A DNA stretch of 46,540 nucleotides from Nemertoderma westbladi. Lineage: Eukaryota > Animalia > Xenacoelomorpha. The first letter of the stretch is position 1; every line of letters starts with the position of its first letter. The notes under the pieces are model-generated. The model saw only the letters and a program-made list of their open reading frames with translations, was not told the DNA's origin and made no database searches. Below are positions 12,024 through 23,527 of this stretch, piece by piece. The position numbers and the translations under genes were made by a program. The DNA is taken from NCBI GenBank assembly GCA_032718475.1, contig JAUCBJ010001205.1, positions 1 through 46,540 of the forward strand. The letters are read 5' to 3'.

Positions 12024-12830
12024 AGGACTGCCCTTAGCAGTCCCTGGCCAACAGCAGTTATTACGAGCCTGAAAAGGACATCGGAAAGTCTGCTGCTTGT
12101 GTCAGGGATTTGCGATGGGAAACGACAGCCCCCTTAGCCAAGCCGTACTGGTTCTCGATGACTGATCCCTTCGGGGTTCGCGAGGGGTGGGACGGACACG
12201 CGAAAGGGCGGCCGACTAACAGAGGAAGGGTTTGACGAGGACTGCCCTTAGTGGTCTCTGGTCAACAGCAGTTATTACGAGCCTGAAAAGGACATCGGAA
12301 AGTCTGCTGCTTGTGCCAGGGATTTGCGATGGGAACCGACGACAGACCCCTTAGCCAAGCCGTACTGGTTCTCGATGATCGTTCCCTTCGGGGTTTGTGA
12401 GGGGTGGGACGGACACGCGACGGGGTCGAAAGACAGAGGACTGGACTACCGACTGTTCGGAGCAGTCTCTCGGCCGCCGAAGCGACTACGAGCCTGAATA
12501 AGGACTCGGAAAGCCTAGGTGGTTGGGTCTCTGCGATGAACCGACGGACCCCTAGCCAAGCCGTACTGGTTCTCAATGATCGTTCCCTTCGGGGCTCGTG
12601 AGGGGTGGGACGGACACGTGAACGGGTCCACCGACACGACATACTCCTAGCCAAGCCATACTGGTTCTCGATGACCGATCCCTTCGGGGTTCGAGAGGGG
12701 TGGTACGGATACGCGACAGAGTCTACCGACTGGACCGACCCTTAGACAAGCCGTACTGGTTCTCGATGATCGTTACCTTCGGGGTTCGTGAGGGGTGGGA
12801 CGGACACGCGACAGGGTCGACCGACACCGA
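12024..12830 (+). repeat. array of two structured repeat units, order A-B-A-B-A'-B-B-B
   Basis: Unit A core TACGAGCCTGAAAAGGACATCGGAAAG (x3). Unit B TAGCCAAGCCGTACTGGTTCTCGATGA..CCCTTCGGGG..GAGGGGTGGGACGGACACGCGA (x5). Confidence 0.92.
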
Positions 12831-13405
12831 CACTACGGCACCAAGACTAGGACCGAGGGAAAATCTGGGGAACATTAGTTAGGTTAAAATTTGAGCGAAC
12901 AGTGGGTAATAAATAATTTACTGTAGGGATTTATATTGTTGTGTATTATTATTGTGAATAATTTGGTGTATATTGGTTTGGGGAAGCCCAATTTATTCTC
13001 AATCAAGGTTCAACTGTAGGGAAGTTACATTAAAGCGTATATCCAACCAATGCAGCTTTTTCTCAACCGCAATCTTGCATTTAAGAACATTCCTTCTCCA
13101 CAATCAATATCCGGTGACTGGCCGGGATTCCGTGGTCTGTAAAATTCCGCCTCCAGCATCGGCGTTTTCCCCCATGGTGTCGGGAATAACGGCAACAAAA
13201 TTGAGAATAAAACGCGGCCAACTTCAACTGGTGGAAGTTGGGAATCCTACAATACTCTTCAAACTCTCTCCGTGCTTACCAGCACCCACTACGAGGAAAC
13301 TCTGGTATTTGAGTTAAGACAAAGTCGTGGTCTAATAAATCAACAAACTCGATCTAACCAACTCGTAGTCGGCAGATCACATATTTGGAGAGTTGTTAAC
13401 AGGGA

Positions 13406-13597
13406 ATGGAAGTATCGATCACACCCATTGATATAATCCAAGTTGAGCCAGGAATCTGGCACGTCGAGGTTGAAGTACAAGGAACGAACGTCGGACAATT
13501 CAGGATTACCGTTCGGGTGGTCCAGGCTGAGTACAACACCTACGAGGAACTATTTTACGACATCGCACATCTAGCTATCAACGAGGCGCTACAATGA
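13406..13597 (+). CDS. 63-aa upstream ORF overlapping the gag start (ATGA)
   Basis: Good start context (GGAATGG) and protein-like alternating beta pattern followed by a helix. Its TGA overlaps the gag ATG at 13594. Confidence 0.45.
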   Translation: MEVSITPIDIIQVEPGIWHVEVEVQGTNVGQFRITVRVVQAEYNTYEELFYDIAHLAINEALQ

Positions 13598-16500
13598 CAA
13601 CGAATAACGTATCCGATACCGATGAGATGGACCACCACACAGATTCGGAAGCCGACGAGGTACCGAACGTCAAGAACATGGCCCGTCGAATAGGTGCTCT
13701 CAAAGGCGGAGTCACTCGAGCGTATCAACGTATAGAGAAACAACTCAAAGGAGTCGAAACCCCCCTCAACGAGATACAAACTCAGCTTCAGAGTATCCGA
13801 AGTATCTTACAACGATATTAGAGAATGATACAGGCCTCCGAGAACTCATCCCTGCCACTGACCAGGTAAATTACCCCAAATTGGAAGAACACGTTGCACG
13901 CCTAGACGAATTCCGCAAACAACACTGGAGGACCCTCAGCCTCGTGAGAGGCTACGAGGAACCGCTGTTGGATGTAAACCGCATCACCCTACTGATCGGA
14001 CTTGATACACCGGAATTACACATACCCACCGGAGACGTCGCCCGATCTATAAAGCAGGATGATGGCTTTTACGCTGAACGAACGATAATGGGATGGACAC
14101 TCTGCGGCATCAAGGAGGAGACTACTGACACCTATACATACCTTCCAAAATGTCAGATTAAAGAGAGTGCAACATCCGTGGGTTATTGCTCAGCTACCGA
14201 CATTGATGAGGATTTGTTTCTTGAGACGGAGAAAACCCAGCAAGAAATGACTAAATACTTTAATCTAGAGACCCAAGAGTTCGCTGAAAAGGACGAAAAC
14301 CCGTCCGAGGAGGATCAATATTGTATGGATGTCCTTGACCAGGCCACGTTCAAAGACGGACACTGGTGTTCACCCATGTTATGGAAGGACCCAAATAAAC
14401 CAATGGCAAATAACGCCAACATGGCCCTTAGGCGACTTAAGGGGATCCTACGCCGGCTGAATGACCAACCCGAGATAAAGGAGAAATATAATACTGTAAT
14501 CAAAGGATATCTCGAGGATGGATTAGCAGAAATGGTACCCCGGAATGAACTGCAAGGGGGTAACAGAACATATTATCTTCCAACCCACTATGTGGTAGAA
14601 GCCCGGAAGGGTGGTAAAATCCGAGTAGTTAATGATGCCGCCGCTATGTATCAAGGCGAATCCCTGAACAGCCAGCTTTACACGGGGCCCAACATATACA
14701 GTACACTCATTGGCGTGTTGATCAGGTTCAGGGAAAACTGGATAGCATTCACCTGCGACATTAAAGTCATGTTTCACCAGGTCCGTACGCTACCAAGAGA
14801 CTCAGACTGTCTACGTATACTATGGACGGATAAAACATTAACTCAACAGGAGATTAGTCAACTTACAATGAAGGATGTAGACGTGATGCACATGATCGTC
14901 AGGATCTTCGGCGCTAAGGACTCGCCGGTAGCATGTAGCGATATGCTGAAGAAAACGGCAACTATGTGCGAAAATGAGTTCCCTCCAACCGTCATAGAAA
15001 CCATCCGACGATGCTTCTACGTGGACGACGGATGCGCCGGCGCAGATAATGTCGACGAGGCATATCGGCTAGCAATGGGGATGGTAGAATGTTTAAAGAA
15101 AGGAGGTTTTCCGCTCGTGAAGTTCAGATCCCATGACAAGAAACTTATGGAAAAGTTTCCGGAGGACATCCGACTGGACAACAACAAAATGTATTCCGAG
15201 GATGCGGAACACCGTGTACTCGGTATTGAATGGGATATAGAATCGGACGAATTCATTTTCAAATATAACCCCCTACCCAAACCTATGACGAAAAGGGGAT
15301 GTTTGTCGATAAAAAGTGCAATATTCGACCCACTAAATTTCATATCTCCGGTAACCTTGGCCGGAATGAATCTGATTAAGGAAATGTGGATAGAAGGACT
15401 GGGATAGGATGAAGAACTCCCCCCACACCTCAGTGTCAAATGGAGAAAATGGACGGAACAGCTCGAACACCTACATCTTATGCGGATCCCTCGACCGTTC
15501 TTCATCGATAAACTACCCACCGATATCTTCCAGCTCCATACCTTCTCGGATGCTTCGAATACCGGAATCGGCGTAGTCACCTTCTTAAGAAGACTAAGCA
15601 ACGATGGAAATGGCGATACGAGCTTCTTATTTTCTAAAGCTAAGACAGTATCCGGGGAATTCATAGCAACGATTCCAAGGACTCGGGCAGGCACTATAAC
15701 GTCGCAACGATCACTCAACCAGCGGCGTCTTTACATCTGTTGATCGAGCGAACTTCATCAATGAGACGGCTCGTCCACCACGTTATAACCCTTCGCAATT
15801 TCCTACGGTGGAAAGACAACAAGCCGATAGTTCAACGGAGTATACAAGAACTCCTTATCGCGGAGAAGTGTATTGTTGGATATGTCCAGAGAGAAAGTTT
15901 CCCCGATGAGTGGGAACAACTCAGTGCGGGCAAGACCTTGAAACCGGACAGCCCAGTCTACCAACTGAGACCAATGATGGGAGAGAACGGACTGATCCGA
16001 CTGAATACCCGGATGGCAAACGCCCCGGTTGAATATGAGGTTAAATACCCGGCACTTCTGCCCGGAACATCGACACTAGCCAAGCTATTAATTCAACAGT
16101 GTCACGAGGAAAACTATCACGCAGGACAGAACTGGATTATAGCTAATATAAGACAAAGATATTGGATCACCCACATCCAGCCACTGATCCGGAAATGTTG
16201 AAACGTTGCTTTACCTGTAGAAGATATCTAGCGCCACCACTCACACAAAAGATGGCAGACTTACCAGCCACACGTCTACAGTCCGATTCCCCACCGTTCT
16301 ACGTCACTGGAGTGGACTGTTTCGGACCGTTTACGGTCATCGAGCGACGATCCAACATCAAATGCTGGGGAGCCATCTTTACCTGCCTTAGGTCTAGGGC
16401 AATCTACCTAGACATTGTGGTGAACCTTACACAACACGCATTCATCAACGCCCTGCGTCGGTTCGTGGCGAACAACGGGACATGTCGTCATATGTACTCC

Positions 16501-17277
16501 GATAACGGTACAAACTTTGTGGGAGGAGAAGGAGAACTTAGAGAGGCGATCGAGGGATGGTTTACCGAGGACACCGCATCCCAAGTCTGGAGGGACCACC
16601 ACATACAGTGGCACTTTCAAACACCCTTAGCACCCCACACGAGCGGGGTATGGGAGAAGCTGATCGACCTAGTAAAACGATCCATGCGCATCGCATTAGG
16701 ATGAGACACCCGGGTAACCCATGACACCCTCCGCACAACATTCTGCGAGATCACGGCTACCTTGAACAACCGACCCATTGTCCCTATCCGCGACGACCCT
16801 ACAGACCTGGAACCTCTCACTCCTAACCACCTACTGGGAAGACCCAAAACCCATATTCTCCCAGAGATGATGTTTCCGGATCCCGACGATATCGCAAGAC
16901 ATACTAACTGGAAGAAGGCCCAAGCGTTGGCAGCGCATTGGTGGAGAATCTGGGCCCAGGAGTACCTCATAAGCCTCCGGACCAGGAGGAAGTGGAACAA
17001 CACCTACAGGAATGTCGAAGTTGGCGACATGGTGCTGGTCAAAGAAGACCTCAAAGACCGCGTCCACTGGCCTGTGGCGCGAGTCGTGGCAATACAACCG
17101 AGCAAAGACGGACTTGCGAGGACTGTGACGATACGAACGGCAAAGGGCCACTACCAACGCCCTATCCAGAGGCTGTGCCTTCTCGAAGGCAATGATAGCG
17201 GTGACTCTACGAGAGGTGATAAGTTCCCTACTCCGGATCCTGCTGCAGACATTGGTGACAATTACAAACCCGTTTAA
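13594..17277 (+). pseudogene. gag-pol: BEL/Pao gag-pol pseudogene
   Basis: gag start (RRIGALKGGVTR), then stop and deletion to the protease tail (LLIGLD...RTIMGWTLCG). RT: VVNDAA, TCDIKVMFHQV, FYVDD. TGG>TAG at 15405. RNase H LHTFSDAS is truncated after TIPR. Integrase: H..H/CFTC, VDCFGP, SDNGTNF, GVWE. Frameshift at ~16195 and TGA at 16702. Confidence 0.93.
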
Positions 17278-17555
17278 ACCCTTCTCATCCTGTTGACAAA
17301 CTCTTTTAAACTGTGATTTATCGACAATGAAAATGGACCCCCCTTAAACCAACTGTAACCACGCAATGGTATTTGTGTTTCCTCGTGTGTTATGTGGAGT
17401 CCAGCGTCACCCTGCAGATGTTTCGACTGACACAGGGTCGTTTATGTATTGTTTGCCCTGAATTTGGTCATTGGGACCAACGATATTGGATTATTGGAAA
17501 TGGTAAAGATTTGAAGTGGAATTCATTGTATCCATTGTAGTATGTTATGTTGTTA

Positions 17556-17968
17556 TGTGTGCAGTTCGGGGCGTAGGCGGTGTAACTAGTCCAGCTGTAG
17601 ATCCTGGATTGCCGCGCAACACCCTATCCCGTTATTCTGGTGGGTCCATGGTGCATCCACATGACTTCGACGATAGAGGTTTTATGTTTCTCAGTCGCGT
17701 TATTCTGGTGGGACCGTTGCGTGGATTTTGGGGTGTAGGCGGTGTAACTAGTCCAGCTGTAGATCCCAGAATGTTGCGTAACCCTATCCCACATGACTTC
17801 GTCGGCTGAGCTTTATGTTGTTGGGAGTGTTATTCTGGTGGGTCCCTGGTGCATTCCACGTGACTTCACTTCCAGCGTCTTCATTGTCCGTTACGTGTGC
17901 AGTTTGGGGCGTAGGCGGTGTAACTAGCCCAGCTGTAGATCCCAGATTGCCGCGTAACACCCCTTCCA
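17556..17968. repeat. 3' repeat array: three ~70-nt units plus three GTTATTCTGGTGGG motifs
   Basis: GGGGCGTAGGCGGTGTAACTAGTCCAGCTGTAGATCC at ~17567, ~17730 and ~17906. Confidence 0.9.
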
Positions 17969-18488
17969 CAACGAAAATTTCCCAAAGAAGATGATTGAAT
18001 GTAGTTGGAAATGATGAAAAGGAACAGACAACTCTACTATAAACCGAATGATAACGCGTATGATGATGAAAATGTAATGATGCGCACCCTGGTGCTGCGC
18101 TTATAACAAATGATGATAGCCGGGGGGCTATAACCCCAATGATGATGTGGAAATAAATGTGAAATAAATATGATGAAATGTGGAACTAAATGATGAAATG
18201 TGTTGAAATAAACGAAATGTGATGAAATAATAATGAGAAAAGAAAAAAGACAAAAAAAAGTATAAAATATAAAAAGAAAAGAATTGGAAAAAAAGAAGAG
18301 GACATAAAAAGTCATAAAAACTGGTTGGATATTAATGTATAGCTATAGTAACTGTAAATGCTGAATGTATTAGCAATAAGATGATAGATGCCTATATAGC
18401 AATGTTATTTAATAAACTGAATTAAAAATAAACTGAATTATTCTGCAATCACTATAGTTTCAGACTTTCTGGATTTATAATTAACTGA

Positions 18489-19250
18489 TATAATTTTGCA
18501 ACGGACATAATTGTAAATTTGGACCCAAATCGCCAAATTATCGGCGAATTACGTAATACGATAGATCTACTGGAATATCCACAACCTGGATCCCCTAACT
18601 TTGATAAAAACTGGAGCACCCTGATAAACGAGAATGTGCGAGTCGTCAAATTCTGCGGGCGAGAGGGACCGGATTCCCGGAATCTACGAGCCCTCCGGTT
18701 GGCCGATGCTAGTACGAGATTGAAAAGAACTCGGAACGCAAAGGCTACCGGAGGGGATGAGTTGTCTTATTGGGAAACGTTTCGGCAAAGCGTCTACAGA
18801 TCCCGATGTTTAATATATGACAACGAGGGAAACGCGACGCCCACCTCGAAAGCGATGACGTTGGCACGATGTCAAAGTTTCGTCGACGACAAGAGTATGT
18901 ACCTCGCCCACTGGGGAAACCTGTCGGAGTGTACGGCGACGCTACGAGAGGAACGTATATCGATCATCCAGAATCGCGACGACTACCAGGAAAAGTACGG
19001 GGCGAAAGAATACGGTCGATCCTTGGTCGTCGTCCTCGGAACCCTGGACGGTTTGGTATTGGTGTGTCGAATATTTCCGACACCCAGACAGGAAGTGCAG
19101 GCAGCCAGAGCGATCTGGTTACTACCTCCGGAAATCCAAAAGATCCTCTTCGACTTCGACTTGGTGATTATTATTTATTATTGCTGGTTGTTGTTCGTCG
19201 TTGCTCATTGTTGCTCGTTATTGCTCATTGATGCTCGTTGTGCATTTTAG
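18489..19250 (+). CDS. orphan ORF/exon of unknown function
   Basis: About 250 open codons, GC-richer than the flanks, with no ATG near its 5' end. The hydrophobic tail after ~19163 may be non-coding read-through. No family recognised. Confidence 0.4.
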   Translation, partial: YNFATDIIVNLDPNRQIIGELRNTIDLLEYPQPGSPNFDKNWSTLINENVRVVKFCGREGPDSRNLRALRLADASTRLKRTRNAKATGGDELSYWETFRQSVYRSRCLIYDNEGNATPTSKAMTLARCQSFVDDKSMYLAHWGNLSECTATLREERISIIQNRDDYQEKYGAKEYGRSLVVVLGTLDGLVLVCRIFPTPRQEVQAARAIWLLPPEIQKILFDFDLVIIIYYCWLLFVVAHCCSLLLIDARCAF

Positions 19251-19403
19251 CACTTACCCCACGGTTACATTGGTTATTTTTCCTCTAGCCAATCGTACGT
19301 TAAATCAAATTTCCCGCATTGAGTTTTAATAATCAATGTTACAGTAGTTATTACTAGATAATTAAAAAAATGATGTTGAGCAATTTAAAAATTTCTTGTT
19401 TCT

Positions 19404-20534
19404 TTACTGGTGGAGACCAGGGTTGGTAACTTTACCCAAGAACAATAGAATATCGTATTTTTTATCCCTGATAGCGAACAGAAAAGGCCGAGTGAGTTCG
19501 AAAGGAGGTGGTCCCATTGCACGGCACTTCTTCAGCATAACAACAGCCGTAGCAGCAGCAGCTTCTGACCCCTCTTCATTAACTAACACAAAGGTTTTAT
19601 GTAAAACAGCACCGACAACTAGATCTCTGGCGCCAGTCACTCCAGATAGATCACAAAGCTCTTCCGAAAACAGATGTGGCATCCCCATAGCAGTAAGTGT
19701 ATCCTTCAAACTGAAAGAATCTTCCAGTTTAAATTTCGGTATACGAACATCTAATTCGATCTTCCTAAACCCTTTGAACACCTCAGCTAACCATTCGCTG
19801 TTCAGTTTGGCTTCGATGTCTGAAATTTTGCGATGTGGCAATATAAATACCATAGAGAGATCCTCTCCTTTGTATGGCATTTCCATCGCATAGACTTCTT
19901 TGCTACGAAATACAATAAACTTATCCAACATATACATAAACATCGCATCGACTTCTTCTTTGGTTTCTGTAATGAATTTTCCTTGGTAAGTTTTCTTAGG
20001 ATCGAATTGTGTTACCCAATCTCCTTTGAAATACAAAGCATTTACCAGAACCAATCTGGTCAGAGAATTGAGAACACCCTCATCAATTAGATCCTTTATC
20101 CTATCTTTCGTCATGGATTCCACCCAGTTATTGATCTGTATTCGAACATCATTGAAAGATGTCTTAAAGTCGACTTTCTCTAACTCAGACCCGTATTGTT
20201 CTTTGGTCAGCGCTAAAAATTCATCTTTAAATGGGAATTCTTCTTGCGCAAACAACTTATTAGCCCCATCGAGAGTGTACGGCTTCTTATCTCTATAAAG
20301 ATAAGTTTGCAATGAATGAATAGCTTTATGTATGTCATCATCCTTTACGTCCGTGTAATGGAGAACACTTCTCATCTGTTCTTTAGTTTCTCCTCCAGCG
20401 CCCCCATAAGTCATGGATAATGCAGTAATTAGACTTACAGGACTGATGAGAATGTTGGAATCAGATCGGCCCTTTACAATTTCCTTGTACAAATCGATGG
20501 CAAAGCTGTTGGTTGATAGACTAACGCAATCCAT
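19404..20534 (-). CDS. intracellular (clade B / leukocyte elastase inhibitor-like) serpin, predicted P1 Lys
   Basis: Serpin motifs NILISPVS, LVNALYFKGDW, hinge EEGSEAAAAT and RPFLFAIRD...LFLGKV.NP. No signal peptide. ATG at 20534 is preceded by an acceptor-like TTTATTGTGCTAG. Confidence 0.96.
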   Translation of the reverse strand: MDCVSLSTNSFAIDLYKEIVKGRSDSNILISPVSLITALSMTYGGAGGETKEQMRSVLHYTDVKDDDIHKAIHSLQTYLYRDKKPYTLDGANKLFAQEEFPFKDEFLALTKEQYGSELEKVDFKTSFNDVRIQINNWVESMTKDRIKDLIDEGVLNSLTRLVLVNALYFKGDWVTQFDPKKTYQGKFITETKEEVDAMFMYMLDKFIVFRSKEVYAMEMPYKGEDLSMVFILPHRKISDIEAKLNSEWLAEVFKGFRKIELDVRIPKFKLEDSFSLKDTLTAMGMPHLFSEELCDLSGVTGARDLVVGAVLHKTFVLVNEEGSEAAAATAVVMLKKCRAMGPPPFELTRPFLFAIRDKKYDILLFLGKVTNPGLHQ

Positions 20535-20793
20535 TGCTAGCACAATAAAACTATTAAATCAATATTATATTTTTTATATCAAGATTAATCAAAAGTTATT
20601 ATAACTGTATTATTTGTACCACACTACATTATCATATGAAACACCATTCAGAATCAATATTGTAATGTATGGCCTGCACCAGCAATCTGATACAATGTCG
20701 TCGATTGGGTGATATTAAAACATAAATTAAAAAATTAACATTCTAGTTTAATCATGTATTAAATAACTTATAAACTTTCTGGCTTCAACATAA

Positions 20794-23527
20794 CTACTAC
20801 TACTACTATGATCGGCATGCTGCATTGCAGCTGCATTTTTAAGAATGCTGTGCCGGCTTGTCGACAAAATTGCGCCGCCACAACTCCCTATCACCCATGA
20901 CATTTGCTAGATCATCCGCATCTTCAAGGCCAGTCTCCTTTAAGATGCGTCTCAAGAAAGTCATGGGCTGCCCACCATGCTTATTCACTCCATGAGGCTG
21001 CCAAAGTACAAGATTATGCACTGGCTGGTCCTCACGGCGAAAGCAATGTCCTGCAAAGCGGAGGCGATTTTGTTCTAGGGTCAAGCTTGGGGGAACCAAT
21101 GAGACACCTCCAATGTTATATAGTGTCTGGTTGGAGATGTGTGCATTGTACTTGACACAATGTACCCGGCGTAGCATTCTTGTGAATGTGCCATCCAGAG
21201 ATTTGGTGTCCTCAGCAGTTAGAGCCCAGCATGGACTCCCATAGAGGAGTACTGGAACTACTGCTGCTCTAAATAATCGGACCTTAAGTTTCCGATTAAT
21301 TCTCGGTGACTTTCAAATCCTGGAAAGCCTATTCAAGGCTGCCCATGCCTTTCCCTTACGTACTCGAAGGTCCTCACCTGACTTCCGGATCCATGATCCC
21401 AGGTAACAGAAGTCGTCCACATGCTCAAGCATACCATCCTTTGAGCTTTTGCTCATCCGACCAGAGACTTGCTGAGGACTTTCAAAGTTAACTGTCAAAA
21501 TTTTAAAAATTTTGGTCTTTCTGGAGTTACATAAAAAAAACCAACACTAGAAGCAGCATGTTCTAATGAGCTGAGGAGCCGTTGGGCTCCCTCTAGTGAT
21601 TCTGTGAGTATTCCTAAGTCATCAGCAAAGTCTAGATCAGCAGTTAGGTACTTGGCAGGATTTCCTCGACTTCTGGAGCCATTAGGTGGAGTTATCATCA
21701 CCCCATCATCATTATGATGATCTAAGGACATGCGTAGAACATAGTCAACCACAATTATGAACAAGAATGGTGCAAGTGTGTCTCCCTGGTGGACGCCCCA
21801 TAACACTTCAAATGGTTCTGTGTCACCGTCAACAGTAAACACAAATGTTGTCGAACCATCGTATACTGATCTGATTGCTGCAATAATTTCATCAGGAATC
21901 CCATATAATGAAAGTATGCTGAACATGCGTGAGTGAGAGACTGAATCAAAGGCCTTGAAGAAGTCAACAAAGATAACAGCCAATGCCTGTCTTTCTTTTT
22001 TGATAACTCTTCAATTATCCGTCTAAGTGCCAAAATGGGCTCCATGGTCCCACGACCTTTACAGAACCCATTCTGATTTCCACGGAGCAGTCTCTCAATG
22101 GAATCCCTGATACGATTTTGCAGCAATCGAGATCAATGAGATTCCCCGAAAAGAACCATAGAGTGTTAGGTTGCCATTCTTGGGAACTGGCACCAACTTA
22201 TTTGTTTTCATTTCTTGTGGGACTCTTGTTGTTCGGTACATGTCTACTATGATGGGATAGATGAGCTTTAAACACTCAGGTATTTTAAAGACCTCAGGGG
22301 GAACACAATCTACTCCACTGGCACGATTGGTCTTAATGCTCTTTGCAGCAGCCTTCATTTCTGCAAAGGAGATATCGCCAATGGGAATATCTGGGAGTAC
22401 AGACTCAGACACTTTTACTTCTATAAAGTTATCAGGCAATACCCTGTCATTATTGAGGAGCTTTTCAAAGTGGGCCTTCCAACCATTGAGGCGATCGGCT
22501 GGTGATTCAGCCTTAACCTTGGTGGTTGGTTGGCTTTTCCGACCAGTAAGCAAGTTGATCGATTTCCATGCCTGGGATGATTGCCTGCTGTCGTCAGCAT
22601 CATTGATGGCATCAACCTGTTGGTTTATTAGCTCCTGTAGATTAACAGAGTACTGCCTATTCAGGGACCTAGATGCAGCCTTAACTGCATTCTTGGCCGC
22701 TGTAGTCTGTTTGAGTCGGGACTCTTTCTGCGCCTTATAAAGGTCATTTCGGCACTTCTGAATTTTGTTGTCAGTCCAGGGGGCCCTTTTCCTGTTTAGA
22801 GGGTATACAGGAACTGTATCTGCAGCTGCTAACTTAACTGCTTCTGTGAAGGCAGTATAGCCCTCACAGAGATCTGCCGCCTCAGCGGCAAGAACCTCAT
22901 ACCTGTTGCTCAGCTGTAGTGTGAAGCTGGATCTCACACTTGGCTGTTGCAACAGAGAGGACCAGTCATGCCGCGGCAAGGCAGAATTCGTTGTTTTGCT
23001 AGCACGCAGACTAAGTCTTACCTTGGCAACAATAAGGCGGTGATCACTGGAGAAGGGTCGAAGTGTAAATGCATTACAGTCTTGTATAGAGCTCCTGTAT
23101 TTCCTACGAAACAGAATATGGTCTATCTGGGACTTGTGACCACTGCGTCCACTATGAGTCCATAGCTTTCCAGTTCGCTTCTTGAACTGGGTTCAAGCCG
23201 AAAACAATCCATTTCCAGAGATAAAATCCTGAAGATGGACGGAATTTCGGTTAACACTATTGCTATAGACCCAGAGCGATGTAGGTGATTGATGCAGACT
23301 TGCATTAAAGTCTCCCAGGAATGTTAAGAATGCATGCTGATCCACTCCATCAGTAGCTGCTTGTAGATTATGGTAGAAATTTTCCACCTCCTCTACAGGG
23401 GCAACACTAGTTGGAGAGTAGCACACAATCAGAACCACCTTAGGAAACTTCTTAGCCAGTCTTCCAGAACATGAGAAGTGACAACGGATGATGCGGTTAG
23501 AGATTTGGTCTATTTTGTCCAATATTT
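20794..23527 (-). mobile_element. 5'-truncated, frameshifted RTE-like LINE with (TAG)n tail and 19-bp TSD
   Basis: APE endonuclease (VCYSPT, LGDFNA) and RT (DFFKAFDSV, GVHQGDTLAPFLF, FADD, FCYLGS). TSD CTTTCTGGCTTCAACATAA at 20775-20793 and 23528-23546. Confidence 0.93.

Larger units (their letters stand above)
11997..18320 (+). mobile_element. decayed BEL/Pao LTR retrotransposon 2 (no LTR pair found; ends approximate)
   Basis: gag N-terminus, protease tail, RT, RNase H and integrase remnants at 13594-17277, with long non-coding flanks carrying repeats. Confidence 0.85.

Noticed and set aside
12128-12819. HDV-like ribozyme on the - strand (GGCTAAGGG, CCCTCAC resemble HDV motifs)
   Set aside because: Could not build the P3/P1 nested double pseudoknot; the UUCG loop favours the + strand.
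12024-12830. CRISPR array or coding ORFs (12262-12654 -, 12404-12601 +)
   Set aside because: Units are long, of two types and lack unique spacers; no cas genes and a eukaryotic context. The ORFs are by-products of GC-rich repeats.
15017-15718. 233-aa - strand ORF
   Set aside because: Antisense shadow of pol.
19404-19420. ER-retention signal on the serpins
   Set aside because: C-termini are GLHQ/GLHK rather than KDEL/HDEL, and there is no signal peptide.
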